The position numbers and the translations under genes were made by a program. DNA of 63,612 nucleotides, the filler included, from Octopus bimaculoides (Eukaryota), in NCBI RefSeq assembly GCF_001194135.2. It is 4 parts of 3 records of this genome, joined end to end, with 100 filler letters (N's around TTAATTAATTAA, not from the genome) between each part and the next. Parts side by side here need not be neighbours in the genome. Positions count along the whole stretch, not along the records: positions 22,875 to 42,054 come from NC_068983.1; 3 more parts are not named here. One strand, 5' to 3'. The notes under the pieces were generated by a model, which searched no databases, was not told where the DNA came from, and saw nothing but the letters and a program-made list of their open reading frames with translations. Shown piece by piece: positions 25,761-40,030 of the stretch (the first letter of the stretch is position 1; every line of letters begins with the position of its first letter).

Positions 25761-26350
25761 GCCGGCACATTGAAACTATTTCAGATTTCCCATAACAACC
25801 GCAAATCTAAAGGAACGATCCATTTCTCAACTACTAAATGGCCATGCCCTGTCAAACCGCACTGTCAATGCCTGCTAAGATGCGATCATTTACGATTGAA
25901 TCCATTATGGTGAACTACACAGTTCAGTTTCATCCCCCACTCTTTTTCTCTTACCTTCAACGACGTATAATATCTAGTGCAGATATTACAACCCTAACAT
26001 TATCCAAACGGGTCTCACCCTTAGAGAACATAGAAAACACTCAGAACATAAACATTGAAAACATTTTTCGTTCGAACCTAGCTAACCTTCTCATATTTTG
26101 CTGCACCGGAAAATTTGACTTAGAGGCCCATGAAACTATTGCACTTGTGTCATGGCTACTTAAAATTCCTAGAACTAAATTCTGTATTATTTTTGTTCGT
26201 TGACACACATATCGACCTACATGCATACACACACACACTTACACACTGAATACATTCACTCACCTAGAGACTGAGAGAAACTTACACGTATGCAGTATTT
26301 ATGTGTGTAAAAGTATCCATGATATATGTATGTACGCATATATGTAAGTA

Positions 26351-26414
<64 letters not shown>

Positions 26415-26440
26415 GCATACGGTCATACATACATACTTAT

Positions 26441-26513
<73 letters not shown>

Positions 26514-27048
26514 AATATATATATATATATATATACGTGTATATGACGAGATATTAAGTTATACATTCATGTGTAACTGTGCATAAATTTATGCATCCGC
26601 ACTTTTGTTTCTGCATGTGCATGCATCTGTGAGACGTAGGCATATGCTTAATGCATTTAATTTTCTAGAATTTGATGTCTGTATTTCCATCATATCTAAT
26701 TAAATATTGCACCTGTTCACCTAAGGACGCATCATTATTTTATATATTTTTATGTTTTAACAACATCACTACATCAAGGGTTATATAAATATATATTTAG
26801 TTTATTAATATTGTATGTGAATTCTTGTAAATAACTTTCATGACCCCGTATATGTGTGACTTGAACTATTGATATATAAGTTAGCACTCCTTATTTTTGA
26901 AATTTAAAACAAATAGAAAGAAAAGAATCTCTTTGAAAAGAAGGAACAATTATTAAATGTTATGCATAATACGACTTTACCTTACAAGTCTTTGTTAATA
27001 TTTTCATGTACTTAATGAATGATGCACGATGAAATATTAATGTATGCG

Positions 27049-27091
<43 letters not shown>

Positions 27092-27317
27092 GTCCGTGTG
27101 CGCACACACAAAAGCACGCGTATACACTAACACGCAGAGACAGCACAATGCACACAAAACGTGTAAGAGAGAGAAAATTATAATTTTGATTCGTAAAGGT
27201 GAGGAATAATTTGTCCAAGAGAAGAAATCACATATGCATCGTATTTATGCAAGCAAGATGTGTAATGAATACATACACATACATATCTGCATGAATACAT
27301 ATGTGAATATGTGTGTT

Positions 27318-27350
<33 letters not shown>

Positions 27351-27984
27351 TAGAAAAAGAGAGATAGTGTGTGTCTGTGCACGCGTAGAGAAACAACTTA
27401 GATACATACACACGTACATATACATTCAGTAGGGTGTGTAGTGATTAGTATTCTGCACTCACGATCACAGCAATGTGGTTTCGATACCTAGACGGACACT
27501 GGGTTGTGTTCTGGGTTGTGTTCCCATTCACCCTGTTTACACATTTATCAATAGGTAACACTGCGACTAATTAAACTAACTGATGTTAAGATAAGGGGGA
27601 ATGCTACCCTGCCTCTGCCCATCTGCCCAGTGGGATGGCACGATTAAACATTTTCGAAAACCACAACATTTATGACCAGCGCTGTTTAGCTACTGATTGT
27701 TATTTGATAGAGTGATACATACATACTATATATGTATATACAGATGTATAAACAGATAAACAAATATACATAGAAAGAGTAGGAGAGAAATCCATAATAT
27801 ATACTTGCTATATTGTTACTAATCTATCCACTGCTACTCTCTTGCAGAATCTTTGTGATAACAGTGATATAGCTTTCATCACTTTAATATTTATTACAAT
27901 CTTATTCTTAATTTTCAGGTTTAGCTTACATTCATTTTTTTTTTAGGGTTTACCCATAAAATTCTAAGTTAATTTTATCGATAA

Positions 27985-28490
27985 CTATCTGATGTACCCG
28001 GTAACTCCCGGAAAAGCGGTGCTTATCTCTTGGTTCGCTGATCCAACAACATCAATACAAGGTATGTATCCCTTAAAACGGTTTTGGTACGTTTACAGAT
28101 AATACCGAACTGTCTTACATAGGATCTTGTTTCCAGGAAATCCCAGTAAATTATGAATACCAAAATCGTCAAGTCACTTACGTAATAACACGAAATTAGT
28201 TACCTGATAGTAAGAATTCAAATAATGTAGCTCCGAAAAGGGCTTTAATGCGTTCCCAGCGTATACAGAACATAGGAGGAAATACCAATTGGTGAATCTT
28301 ATCAAGAGCTTCTTGATAAGCAACATTTTTGGTCTTGTGCTGCATAAATAAACAAATGATTAGAATTGCTGACCCTGGAGCATCCTACATAAAGTTGGCC
28401 ATGGGAGAAAACTAGTTCCACCAGGTTCAGACCTACCATATCCAAGGACTGCCCCTGTGCCTTGTTAATGCTCATTGTAAAGATCCGTTT
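27985..28490 (-). mobile_element. Helitron 3' remnant (PIF1 helicase end plus terminal hairpin)
   Basis: MSINKAQGQSL...VFSHGQLYVGCSRV; CCGG-GAGTTA-CCGG hairpin about 12 nt before GTAG|T. Confidence 0.85.
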
Positions 28491-28538
28491 CAACGGCGAT
28501 TGCGAGCGTTACGGGTGGGGTTTCAAGTTCCACTTCCA

Positions 28539-28898
<360 letters not shown>

Positions 28899-29796
28899 GG
28901 AAATTGTAACATAAGAGACATATTTTACCCTTTTCAGTATGGTAGTGAATTATAATCCTAAAGAACACTATTTGGAGTACTGCATAAGAAACGATTCTAT
29001 TTATGTTCCAAGTGATATATTTACGTAAGTTGATGAAATGAAAGTGTTACTAAATTTGAAAAGGATTACATAGGTTGAACAAGACCTCTAAAATATTCAA
29101 TACCAATGCACCACCTTTGTTGTTTAATAAATAAATTACACATTTATTGTGACCAAAAAAGTTGCACTTTATTTAGCAATTATTTTTAGTGAAATATGAG
29201 TCAAATTTGTATCATTATTTTGTTCTAATATTAATTTCTTTCAACACGGACAGAAGAAAAAAATTATACAAAGAATCAAATTGGAAGACATATTTCAAAT
29301 TTATACTGTGTGAAGTACATTTTCTTCTTGCATTATATTATCAATGTCACTTATTAATTTCTAGCATTGTTTAACATTTGTCGCCGTTCTTTTAACTGTT
29401 TTATATGAGTTTTGTATTTCATTGTATTTCTTGTCATGATGTGTTCAAGACTAAAGGTTATTAATCAATATATCGTAGCACATAAATATGAATTACAATT
29501 AAAATAGCGTCACTTCTAGAATTTTCCATGAGGTCATAATGTTAGAGCACAGTCTCTTGATATAAACGATAAAGGCACGATTCGTTCCACAAGATTCAAG
29601 GCACATTCCTGTACATACTATGAATATATATCTTAACCTATTTAAGTATTAAACTAAAAATGATAACTAGAAATTGTGTTCCCGATGTGGTGTATATATT
29701 TCTGTGCCTTGGTACATTCACAGTGTCTTTATTATTTTGGTGCTCCACGTTATGTATATATACATACACACATACATACATATATACGTAAATATA

Positions 29797-29833
<37 letters not shown>

Positions 29834-30203
29834 GTATATGTATGTCTCTTACCACTGTTGTATCTGTCATTGTACGACGGTTGTCGCTCTGACAGATATT
29901 GTTATATTCCGAAGTCATCGATAGAATGTTTCTATCTGGCACTGTATGACCTCCAGTCGTATAGTCTATCCTCAAAAGGTTGGCTTTTTATAACGCCGAC
30001 TCAATATCAGAGTATATTTGTTATGTCAGCACGGAATCCACTATCAACACTGTCTACACGTACCCTCATACTCTACATACTCTCTCGATACGGACTGACG
30101 TCAACTTACTTATAGTGACTCGCCTTTCACTCGTCACATGGGAGGGGTGTACCATTATTACTAACTACCTGCAACAGAAACCAACATCGGTCGTCAAACT
30201 TAT

Positions 30204-30233
30204 CCATCCATCCATCCATCCATCCATCCATCC

Positions 30234-30286
<53 letters not shown>

Positions 30287-30291
30287 CCTAT
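30204..30291. repeat. (ATCC)n-(ATCT)n compound tetranucleotide repeat
   Basis: Direct inspection. Confidence 0.95.
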
Positions 30292-31171
30292 CTTCAGCCA
30301 GCAAGTGTAGTGGACAGCTACCAGCAATACGACTGAAACCATAACCATGTAGTTGGGAAGCAAACTTCTTACCTCACAGCCAAGCCTGTATACACATATA
30401 CATACATATCTGCGTGTATGTTTAAATACGTATATGTTGTTTGTGTTATGTTCATGTGACGTATTGTGTACAAATGCACAAACATGAAGGTATGCATATA
30501 TACTTTTCTTTAGGATTTAACATGGTTTGATGTTGCAGGAAAGATCAGATGATACTTAAGAATTTCGTCGGGTGAGATATCTTCCTCTGTCGACGCAATC
30601 TTCCTTCAAGCTTAATTAGATCACAAAACAAAAGTACACTTGAAAATTATGTCATACAAATAACATTAATATATTTTAAATTCTAAATGTTAATTCCCTG
30701 AGCCGTTTGCTTTAAGAGAGAATTTCTGTCTCCACTCAAAATGTTATGAATTTGCCTTCAGAAATGAAAATATGTCCCAGACGCCATTATAACTTACGTA
30801 TTTTTTTAAATACCTAATCACTGATTGGCGATGATGAAATCAAACTTAACCTGACTGGAAGCCGAATAGCGCAACTCAGTCACTGATGTCGTCTTTAGTT
30901 AAATCTGCTCAGGTGTATCTCTCTTCGATGTTTCGTAATGAGGAATGCTAAAGCGCCAGCCACGTCCGTCTGGGAATGCAATAGAGGATAGTACTAGGCA
31001 GATGTACTATTTTTACAACTTTTACCATAGGAGAGTGTCTTTCTCCTCGGTAACTGCAGTGAATTTACCATTAGAGGTTGAAGTATGTCACAAACATATT
31101 TTAATAAAACCTATTGTAGTATATATATAAGCTTGTGTGTGTATATATATGTGGGTGTGCGTGTATATATA

Positions 31172-31483
31172 TACTCTCTCTCTTTTACTCTTTTACTTGT
31201 TTCAGTCATTTGACTGCGGCCTTTAGTCGAGCAAATCGACCCCAGGACTTATTCTTTGTAAGCCTAGTTCTTATTCTATCGGTCTCTTATGCCGAACCGC
31301 TAAGTTACGGGGACGTAAACACACCAGCATCGGTTGTCAAGCGATGTTGGTGGGACAAACACAGACACACAAACACACACGCATGCATATATATGTATAT
31401 ACATATACATATATACAACAGGCTTCTTTCAGTTTCCGTCTACCAAATCTACAGTGGGACTGAGCCCGGAACCATGTGGTTCA
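31172..31483 (-). mobile_element. tRNA-derived SINE, same family, CpGs intact
   Basis: TTTTACTTGTTTCAGTCATTTGACTGCGGCC...GCCGAACCGCTAAGTTACGGGGACG. Confidence 0.85.
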
Positions 31484-34400
31484 CACATATGCACGTACCG
31501 TATAGCAATTAAATTTTAGTGAAACAATTATCACATTGAATTTATTGCATGTTCTCCAAACGTTTTGTTCATGAAACATCATACATATTACTGATGTATT
31601 CTATGGTCAACTAACGTATTTATAATCTGAATTGCGATCTTAAATAAAAGTATATTTTTATCGTGGCGTCTCTAGGTCACTACAAAATGCCTTGTAAGCG
31701 TTAAAAAAGAATGTTCAGTCATTTATTATTTTGTGAATGGATCATTATTCTTTAGGTAATTTTGTGCTATCAAAAATCGAAACTATTTTGTGCTGGATCA
31801 CATTTTTCGGAAGGTTAAATGCTATTATTGCAGCTATTCAGAATTTGATTCATAAATGGAAAACCATGCTTACGCAAGTGGTTATAAAGTAACGATATAA
31901 TACACAGTGAAGCTTTGTTGAGAATGAACGAACCGAAAACAGGTTGTCAGCGAACCGATACCTTTGAAACGTTTTTCAGATAGCAGCAAACCATGATAAA
32001 CCTGTCTCGACACACGGTATCATCAACTAATTTTATAATGAATTCAAAATGATTTTTATCTTCTTACGCTTTTATTACAAAATAAATAAAAATTCATCAT
32101 ATGCGAAAATTGACATTCAAAAAGAAGCAAATATTTTCCTTATTTTCTTTTTTCTTTTTTCTTTGGTTAACTTTGTTACAATTTCCGATGAAAGAATATC
32201 ATTATCGGGAAATAAATTTAAAAAAGATGAACACAATTTCATTTGTAAAACGATAAAAGGAAGATTTTAGTTAATTTCATTGTGAAACTGTCCATTTAAG
32301 AAATTATCATTTCACATAGTTGCAAACTGTATTGATTTTTCACACATGTTTCATAAAGAAGGATGCGTAAACATGGAATCGTTAAACAGCAAACTTTTTT
32401 TGCTTTCGTTTTTAATATGAAAACCAAATAATCTAGTACAATAAGATCAATAATAATAACGATAACAACGAAAAATAACAACAATACAATAATAACATCA
32501 ATGCTACTAGTAATGATTTAAAATAAATAGATGCATAGAAAGATAATTGCATTGTGATCATATTGATTTAATTAATAATTAAAGAGAAATAAATAGCAGC
32601 TAAAAACTGTAATCTTTGTGTAGTTGTTGCTGTTCCTGTTTCAAATGTTGTTGTTATTACAGTCGGCGCTGATGCCATTCCAATATTTTAAGTATCGCTT
32701 TTAATATGTCATTTTTTTTTAAATTTTAATTTTGTTGGTTTTTATGGAATCGATTTAAGACAAAGAAAAGTTCTTTATGATACCAATCATTAGCAGCCAT
32801 CTCAACATTTTCCCTTCAGCTTCCTTCGAAAACTGATATGAAGAAAACAATATAGCTTAATTTAATAAAATTTGAAAGAATAATGATAATAATAAATGAA
32901 TTACTGATGCAAAGTGATATATATACACACACTCACACATAATTTTACTGGAATCGAAATTTTACATCGTGACCCAAGTTTCACGCTTAAGCGATGCACA
33001 TTCATGAAAGGCTTGTCGTGAGACGAGCTTTGAATTTGAATAAAACTATATCCTATGTATCTTGTATTGAACGCTCTTTTTGTAGGCGTACGACACTAAT
33101 CCATGAACTACTCGCATACATATATATGGTGAATTTTTCCGTTATGGAAAGGATTTTGTGCATTAAAAGAAAATAATCACCACTTCAATACTTAGGTGTA
33201 TACGCCGAGACACTAAATGTGAAAATGATGACTTACCAAAGGGAACAAGGATTATTAGCGCAGTATAGTGAGAATCGCCTATGTACATATATATATATAT
33301 ATATGCGTATGTGCATGTAAATTTGCGTATATTCGTATTCTTAAATACATGCGTATATTTGTATGCTTACAGATATGAACGACAGCTTTGTAATATTATT
33401 TAACGATCTATCATTTGAATCGGCAAACCATGAGTTAAATATTTCTAATTGCATGTTATAACATTTGGTATGCAGACATAAAATTATTATGATGCAGTGC
33501 AACAAAATTTATCTAACTTTTCCATTGAATAGAAAGCAGAAAATAGAACATCATCAATACAATCCAAACTCATATTTCCTCACTCATCCCACGTTTGCTT
33601 CACATTCATAATTTCTAGAATTTGATATCACGCATATGTTCATACTCATTCTCTATTTATTAGAATTAATAATTTTCATGTACTAAGCTTTGCTGGATAA
33701 CATATGCACGAATGTCAAAGATAAGAGAAATGCTTTTCCAAACATCATATCATTTAATTAGAAACTTATGGAAGATATATTATTTTTGAAAGTGCAGCAA
33801 CGATACTAAGTGAATAAATGAAATTTATAGCAAGTATACCGAATTAAACATTCACACAGAGATTCAATTAACGATTCTCATCAAATCTTGTTCTGTAATC
33901 TCAATCAAATTATATATGTACTTATTGTTTATTTAACTCTATTTAATGTGTTTTTAGTAGACACCACCAAAATATGTTCGCTCTTAATTTCGTTTACCAG
34001 ATAGTGAAGGCATTTAAAAGAAATGAAAGTATTAAAAGAAATATCATGGAACGATATATTTGTATTTTATCTTTTTATCTATGTGCTTTGAAGTTGTAAT
34101 ATTGAAGCGCTCCACTGTTTTGATTTAGCTATGATTTTTATCACATATATTTTTATAGAATAGGAAACTTATTTTAGATATAATTGCTGATAGCTTAATG
34201 TATATAGTATAGTCATACAAAGACAGGCAGTCATTGATACATATATACTCAAAACTCACCCACACATATGTGTACGTAAATATAATGATTAAAGAACTAA
34301 GGAAAATAGATGAACATAATTATTTCATTGTATTCGTATGCCTCAGTAATCTCTTAGAGATAACTATTATATAGTGGAAAGTGTAAAGTCACATGTCGTA

Positions 34401-34983
34401 CACATTTTTGGAAGAAAATTCAAAATTCAAAAGTACGAATACATTCTAGTGAGTGCCAGTATTGGAATATAAAATGATATTCGGATTTCTCTTAAGTACT
34501 TAACTATGGGGTTAAGTATTTAATACTCAGTAGTGATATTCTGAATGGCAATAACATTCATGCGGAATGTGATGCTATACAGAGGTTGGAAATAAAGCAT
34601 GTATTATATATAATGTGAAGCAACATAGGCTGTCTTGTATTTACTTATTGATGAGGGAGGTCTTAAAAAATGATGGATAACTACCTCAATCTTTCGTTCG
34701 TTCGTGAAAACGTTATTTTTTGTACTTGTATTACATGCATATGAGAAGGAATGACCACTCAGTGGACATCCGATATGCTAGAAAGAGGTAATCAACGACC
34801 CAAACAGTGAATTATCCTCTGCAGAACTGTTTCTGGAATGTAGCGCATCAGAGTTTTATGACGACAATTCGTTTATAGTTCAGCAAATTATATTGAATTT
34901 AGAACGATTGTTTTTACATTACATTTACATTATTTACATTATCTACATTTTGACGGATATTCGTCCTCATCTTATTTGTTGTT

Positions 34984-35029
34984 AACACAACGTTTCGGCT
35001 GATATACCCTCCAGCCTTCGTCAGGTGTC
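34984..35029 (-). ncRNA. Minimal type I hammerhead-like motif (Penelope-like-element type)
   Basis: GACAC CTGACGA A GGCTG gagggtatat CAGCC GAAA CG TT GTGTT: 5-bp stems I and II, palindromic AACGUU, GUU triplet. Confidence 0.62.
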
Positions 35030-35087
35030 TTGGGGAAATTTCGAACCTGGGTTCTCATTCCTATCGATGTTACTATTATTATTATTA

Positions 35088-35141
<54 letters not shown>

Positions 35142-38100
35142 TATTATTATTATTATTAATCAGGTCGCTGCCGTGAATCGAACTCGGAACCNNNNNNNNN
35201 NNNNNNNNNNNNNNNNNNNNNNNNNNNNNNNNNNNNNNNNNNNNNNNNNNNNNNNNNNNNNNNNNNNNNNNNNNNNNNNNNNNNNNNNNNNNNNNNNNNN
35301 NNNNNNNNNNNNNNNNNNNNNNNNNNNNNNNNNNNNNNNNNNNNNNNNNNNNNNNNNNNNNNNNNNNNNNNNNNNNNNNNNNNNNNNNNNNNNNNNNNNN
35401 NNNNNNNNNNNNNNNNNNNNNNNNNNNNNNNNNNNNNNNNNNNNNNNNNNNNNNNNNNNNNNNNNNNNNNNNNNNNNNNNNNNNNNNNNNNNNNNNNNNN
35501 NNNNNNNNNNNNNNNNNNNNNNNNNNNNNNNNNNNNNNNNNNNNNNNNNNNNNNNNNNNNNNNNNNNNNNNNNNNNNNNNNNNNNNNNNNNNNNNNNNNN
35601 NNNNNNNNNNNNNNNNNNNNNNNNNNNNNNNNNNNNNNNNNNNNNNNNNNNNNNNNNNNNNNNNNNNNNNNNNNNNNNNNNNNNNNNNNNNNNNNNNNNN
35701 NNNNNNNNNNNNNNNNNNNNNNNNNNNNNNNNNNNNNNNNNNNNNNNNNNNNNNNNNNNNNNNNNNNNGAATGTTCTCTATGTGGCTCGTGTGTTCTCGT
35801 CTACGTTTGTTTGCAATGTCCTGTACCCAGATATGCACCTATACATACAGGTGGATGTCGGTATGCACATACCTGTACGTATATATGCATATACTCATTT
35901 ACTTTTGTTTATATATATATATATATATATATATACATACATATACACATATACATATGTGTATGTGTGTGTGAATGACCCTGTACATATACACAGACGC
36001 TCACACACACACACACGCACACACGCACGCACACACACTCACACACACACACACACACACACATATATAAATATAGATATGTATTCATACGTTGTAATCA
36101 AACATATGTATATTTGTATGTATCTATTTGTGTACATTGTATAATGCTTTCCTTACTCTAAAATGTATCAAATTGTTTTAAGATTTCTCACGATAAAATT
36201 TCCTTTAATCAATTTGCTACAAAGTGAGAAGAGAAGAATATTCATGAATAAATGGAAAATATATGCGACCTCCGCACAATATGAAAGCTTGACATAACAT
36301 CCAATACGTCCAGATTTCTGAATCTTGTAGAGGTGTGGATTGTATGATATAAATGATTATTTGCGGAATGCGAAATATTATACTCGTGTGAATCGAGAAA
36401 TAGATATATTTGCTATTTATTATTATTAAACATGGTAGTTTCTTTGAAATGAATCTACTCAACAGCATAACTGGGGAGGAATATCTATTGTATTCCAGGT
36501 GTTGTTTGTTTGGCATCTAGACCGTATATCAAAATATCTTTAGCTTGAAGAAAGTGTGATAAGATAAAGATTTTAGTAAGGGGCAGAATTTCTAGGTTGT
36601 GTTATTAAGAACCTCGCTACTAAACGACACTTTTGGATTAAAGGCCACAACATGACATCTTGTACAAGTGCCTTCTAGTATAACTTGGCACCGATCGATT
36701 CCATGTCAAAGAATTTGGTTGAGAACAACTATGCAAAAGCTTTCGTCTCCCTGTCTGTCTGTCTGTCTTTTTTTTTCTCTCTCTCTCTATATATATATAC
36801 ATACACAGGCACACGCACACTTCTATATATACCTACACAACTCCCTCACATATTTTTAGTTACATAAACCATGTGATAGAAAAAAGGACCGCACTGGCGC
36901 TTTTGCGACTATCAACTCTTCATAATTCGGCCATTGTGAGAGGTGTGAAGCTTCTACACATATGTTAACCTCTGTATTATCTGAAATTACCTCAAATATC
37001 CATAGGCACAAGAGTGGCTGTGCGGTAAAAAAGGCTGCTCCCCAACCACACGGTTCCGAGTTCAGTCGCACTGCGTAGCACTTTGAGCATGTGTCGAGTC
37101 AACCAAAATCGTGTGGGTGAATTTGGTGGACAGAACATATTACATTGTCTCAAGAAGGTGCATGGTAACACTTGGAAGATTCAATTAGAAAGTGTAGAGA
37201 GCACAATAGGAAAGGATAATATAAATATCGAAAGAAATACGGATTAATAGGAAGTAAGAAGAAACATAAGGGAGTGAGGGAATGAGAAATTTATGCAAAG
37301 TTATTTGGTCAGTAGTATTCAAGAGGGCTATTTTGGCCAAATCACAAAAATTAGCAAGGCGAGTGGCATTAGAAAAAAATTATGGAGAGGTAAAAAGGTG
37401 GGGAATATCGTTGACATCCCGATGGGGGCCAGTGACCCCGCCCAAGATACGGATCTTGTAAAACATTACCTACTTAAAGGTTTCCATGGACAATTCCCCA
37501 AAATTTCCGGTGGTCTACACAAAGACGACGTTCTGTTCACAATGTAAAATTCTAGTTAAAAGTGAGCAACTGCTACTCCAGTTTCAAGTTCCAAACAAAA
37601 TCTAGCAGTACGTTGTTATGTCAGCTTATCGTGAAACTGAATATTGATTCAACTTCTTACACTCTCAAGTGTTCCATAGTCACCCACCCCAAGACAAACA
37701 TCAGCTATAATAAGTGTGATCTCTGCATCGCCAAGATTTTAGTTATATTGCAATCCACAGATTGTCTGAATGAACGCATTAGTATAATTTTTACCTGCAG
37801 ACATCGATCACTAAATCAATTCTCAAAATACAAATAACAACCCCACCCCGTTTTTTCCACCCCTAATATTCATTGATTTACCTTCTTATTTACCCTCACT
37901 ACTATATATATATTAAACCACAAATATATCTTCCCTGTAATGCTATCTACATATTTCTCTGTATTTTTCATTACCATTAAAAATTAATTCCTTTATTGCC
38001 ACCGCCTCCGCCACAAAGCCTCTGCCTTCGTAAACTTACAAGTACATACGCCGACCTACATCTCTACTACTTCATACTGAAAACATGCTCATCGCAGACA

Positions 38101-38369
38101 ATATGCATACCTCAATCGAAAACCAGTAGTAGCCGCGTCAATTCTTGCCCATTCTCTCTTGCTTCTTCATGCATAAATATATTTTTCTCCCCACTAGTAC
38201 AAACTATTTCTCCACCCTTTTCCTTCCACGTTATCCTTTTTCTAATGCAACTACCATTGCTAATTTATGTAATTCGGCTAAAGGAACCCTATCGAATACT
38301 ACCGGTCAAATGACATTGCTTCAATTCGTCATTCCTCTCACTCCAACGTTTATAAAAATCTTTTTAGGA

Positions 38370-38625
38370 TCGGCTGTATGGGCAGGAGATGCTGTATGGT
38401 AAATCGCTTGCTTACAAACCACATGGCTCCATGTTCAGTCACACTGGGTGGCACCTTAGCCTAGTGTCTTCTACTATAGCCTCGGACCGAGCAAAGCGTT
38501 GTTAGACGGAAACTGAAAGAAATACAAAGCTTACAAAGAATAAGTCGTGGTGTGCATTTGTTACAGTAAAGCGGGTGGTACAGCATGGCCGCAGTCAAAT
38601 AACTGAAACAAGTAAAATAATAAAG
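38370..38625 (+). mobile_element. tRNA-derived SINE, internally deleted
   Basis: Head and tail motifs of the same family. Confidence 0.75.
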
Positions 38626-38689
38626 TAATCTTTTACTAATCTGTTCGATTTTTCGGTTGCTACAATTGTAGATTGCGAACAGAACGTCA

Positions 38690-40030
38690 TCACCGTGTAG
38701 GGAACTATAATGCCCGTAACTTGGGCGGAGCCATTAGCCCCATAGGGATCTCGACAGCATTTTCCCACCGTTTTCCGCTCCAGGTTATGTTTTTCTCTAA
38801 TACCCCTCGCCTTTCTAATTTCTGTTATTCGGCCAAGACAGACCTATTGAGTACTACCGCTCACTTGACCTTACTTAACTTCCTCATTCCTCTCACTTCC
38901 TTATATTTGCTTATTTTTACTTCTTTTTAATCCTTATTTCTCTCGATATTTATATTCTCCTCTCTTTTTGTGCTCTCTACACATTCTTTTTGAATCTTCG
39001 TTGTGTTAATATGTACCTCCTTGCGACAGTTGAAGTTTCTTTTAATCAAGACATTCTTGGTTTGAAGAGCAGCCTGTAATATGCACCTCGGTTGGATATT
39101 TACCACCTCTGAGGTTCCGCTCGTCATGAAACATATGTGGCCCGGATCTTATCTACTCCATTCCTTAAATCTTGTATATATATNNNNNNNNNNNNNNNNN
39201 NNNNNNNNNNNNNNNNNNNNNNNNNNNNNNNNNNNNNNNNNNNNNNNNNNNNNNNNNNNNNNNNNNNNNNNNNNNNNNNNNNNNNNNNNNNNNNNNNNNN
39301 NNNNNNNNNNNNNNNNNNNNNNNNNNNNNNNNNNNNNNNNNNNNNNNNNNNNNNNNNNNNNNNNNNNNNNNNNNNNNNNNNNNNNNNNNNNNNNNNNNNN
39401 NNNNNNNNNNNNNNNNNNNNNNNNNNNNNNNNNNNNNNNATATATATATGTATGTATACATGTTTGTATGTGTGTGTGTGTTATTTACTTACGCATTTGC
39501 ATGTTTTCTTTTATTATTGGTCCCAAACCACATAGTATATTAGGGATTTTTTTTCTGTTTACAGACCCTCGCATTGAGCTTATGATTCTTTCCAGATATT
39601 TGTGTATGGATGTTCTCTTTATTTCTTTTAATGAGACTGTATATCGGGAGTGGTGCATTAAAGAAGAAACGCTGTTTCCATAGTGGGTGTTTACAACAGA
39701 ATCTGGCCGAGTAACCTCAGCCACCCAGTTTCTGTTTACTGGTGTATCCCACGATATGGCTGCTTTGCAAATCTCAGATATCTTCTCTGATATATATCTA
39801 TGACATGTTTTCTATTTTGTTGGTGATTGTGATGATATAATTTACAGTGAATATCAGAGTTGGGGAATTTTATGGGCGTTATCTTTTTTTCTCTAAGACC
39901 GATTGACCAGGTTAATTGTAAATTGTTTCTTTCCAATTCTACTATATTTTGGTTCATCATATATTTTTAATAATCTCTTTTGGGAAAGCTTGTGTACCAA
40001 GATTCTCAATAAATGTTGGTATTTCGTTTG
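38690..40030 (-). mobile_element. Old LINE-like element (L1/Tx1-like?); related segments at 37140-37500 (+) and 38130-38345 (-)
   Basis: Weak RT-like PIKFPNSDI...KHVIDI; roughly 70% nucleotide similarity among the three segments by eye. Continuity across the gap is assumed. Confidence 0.38.
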
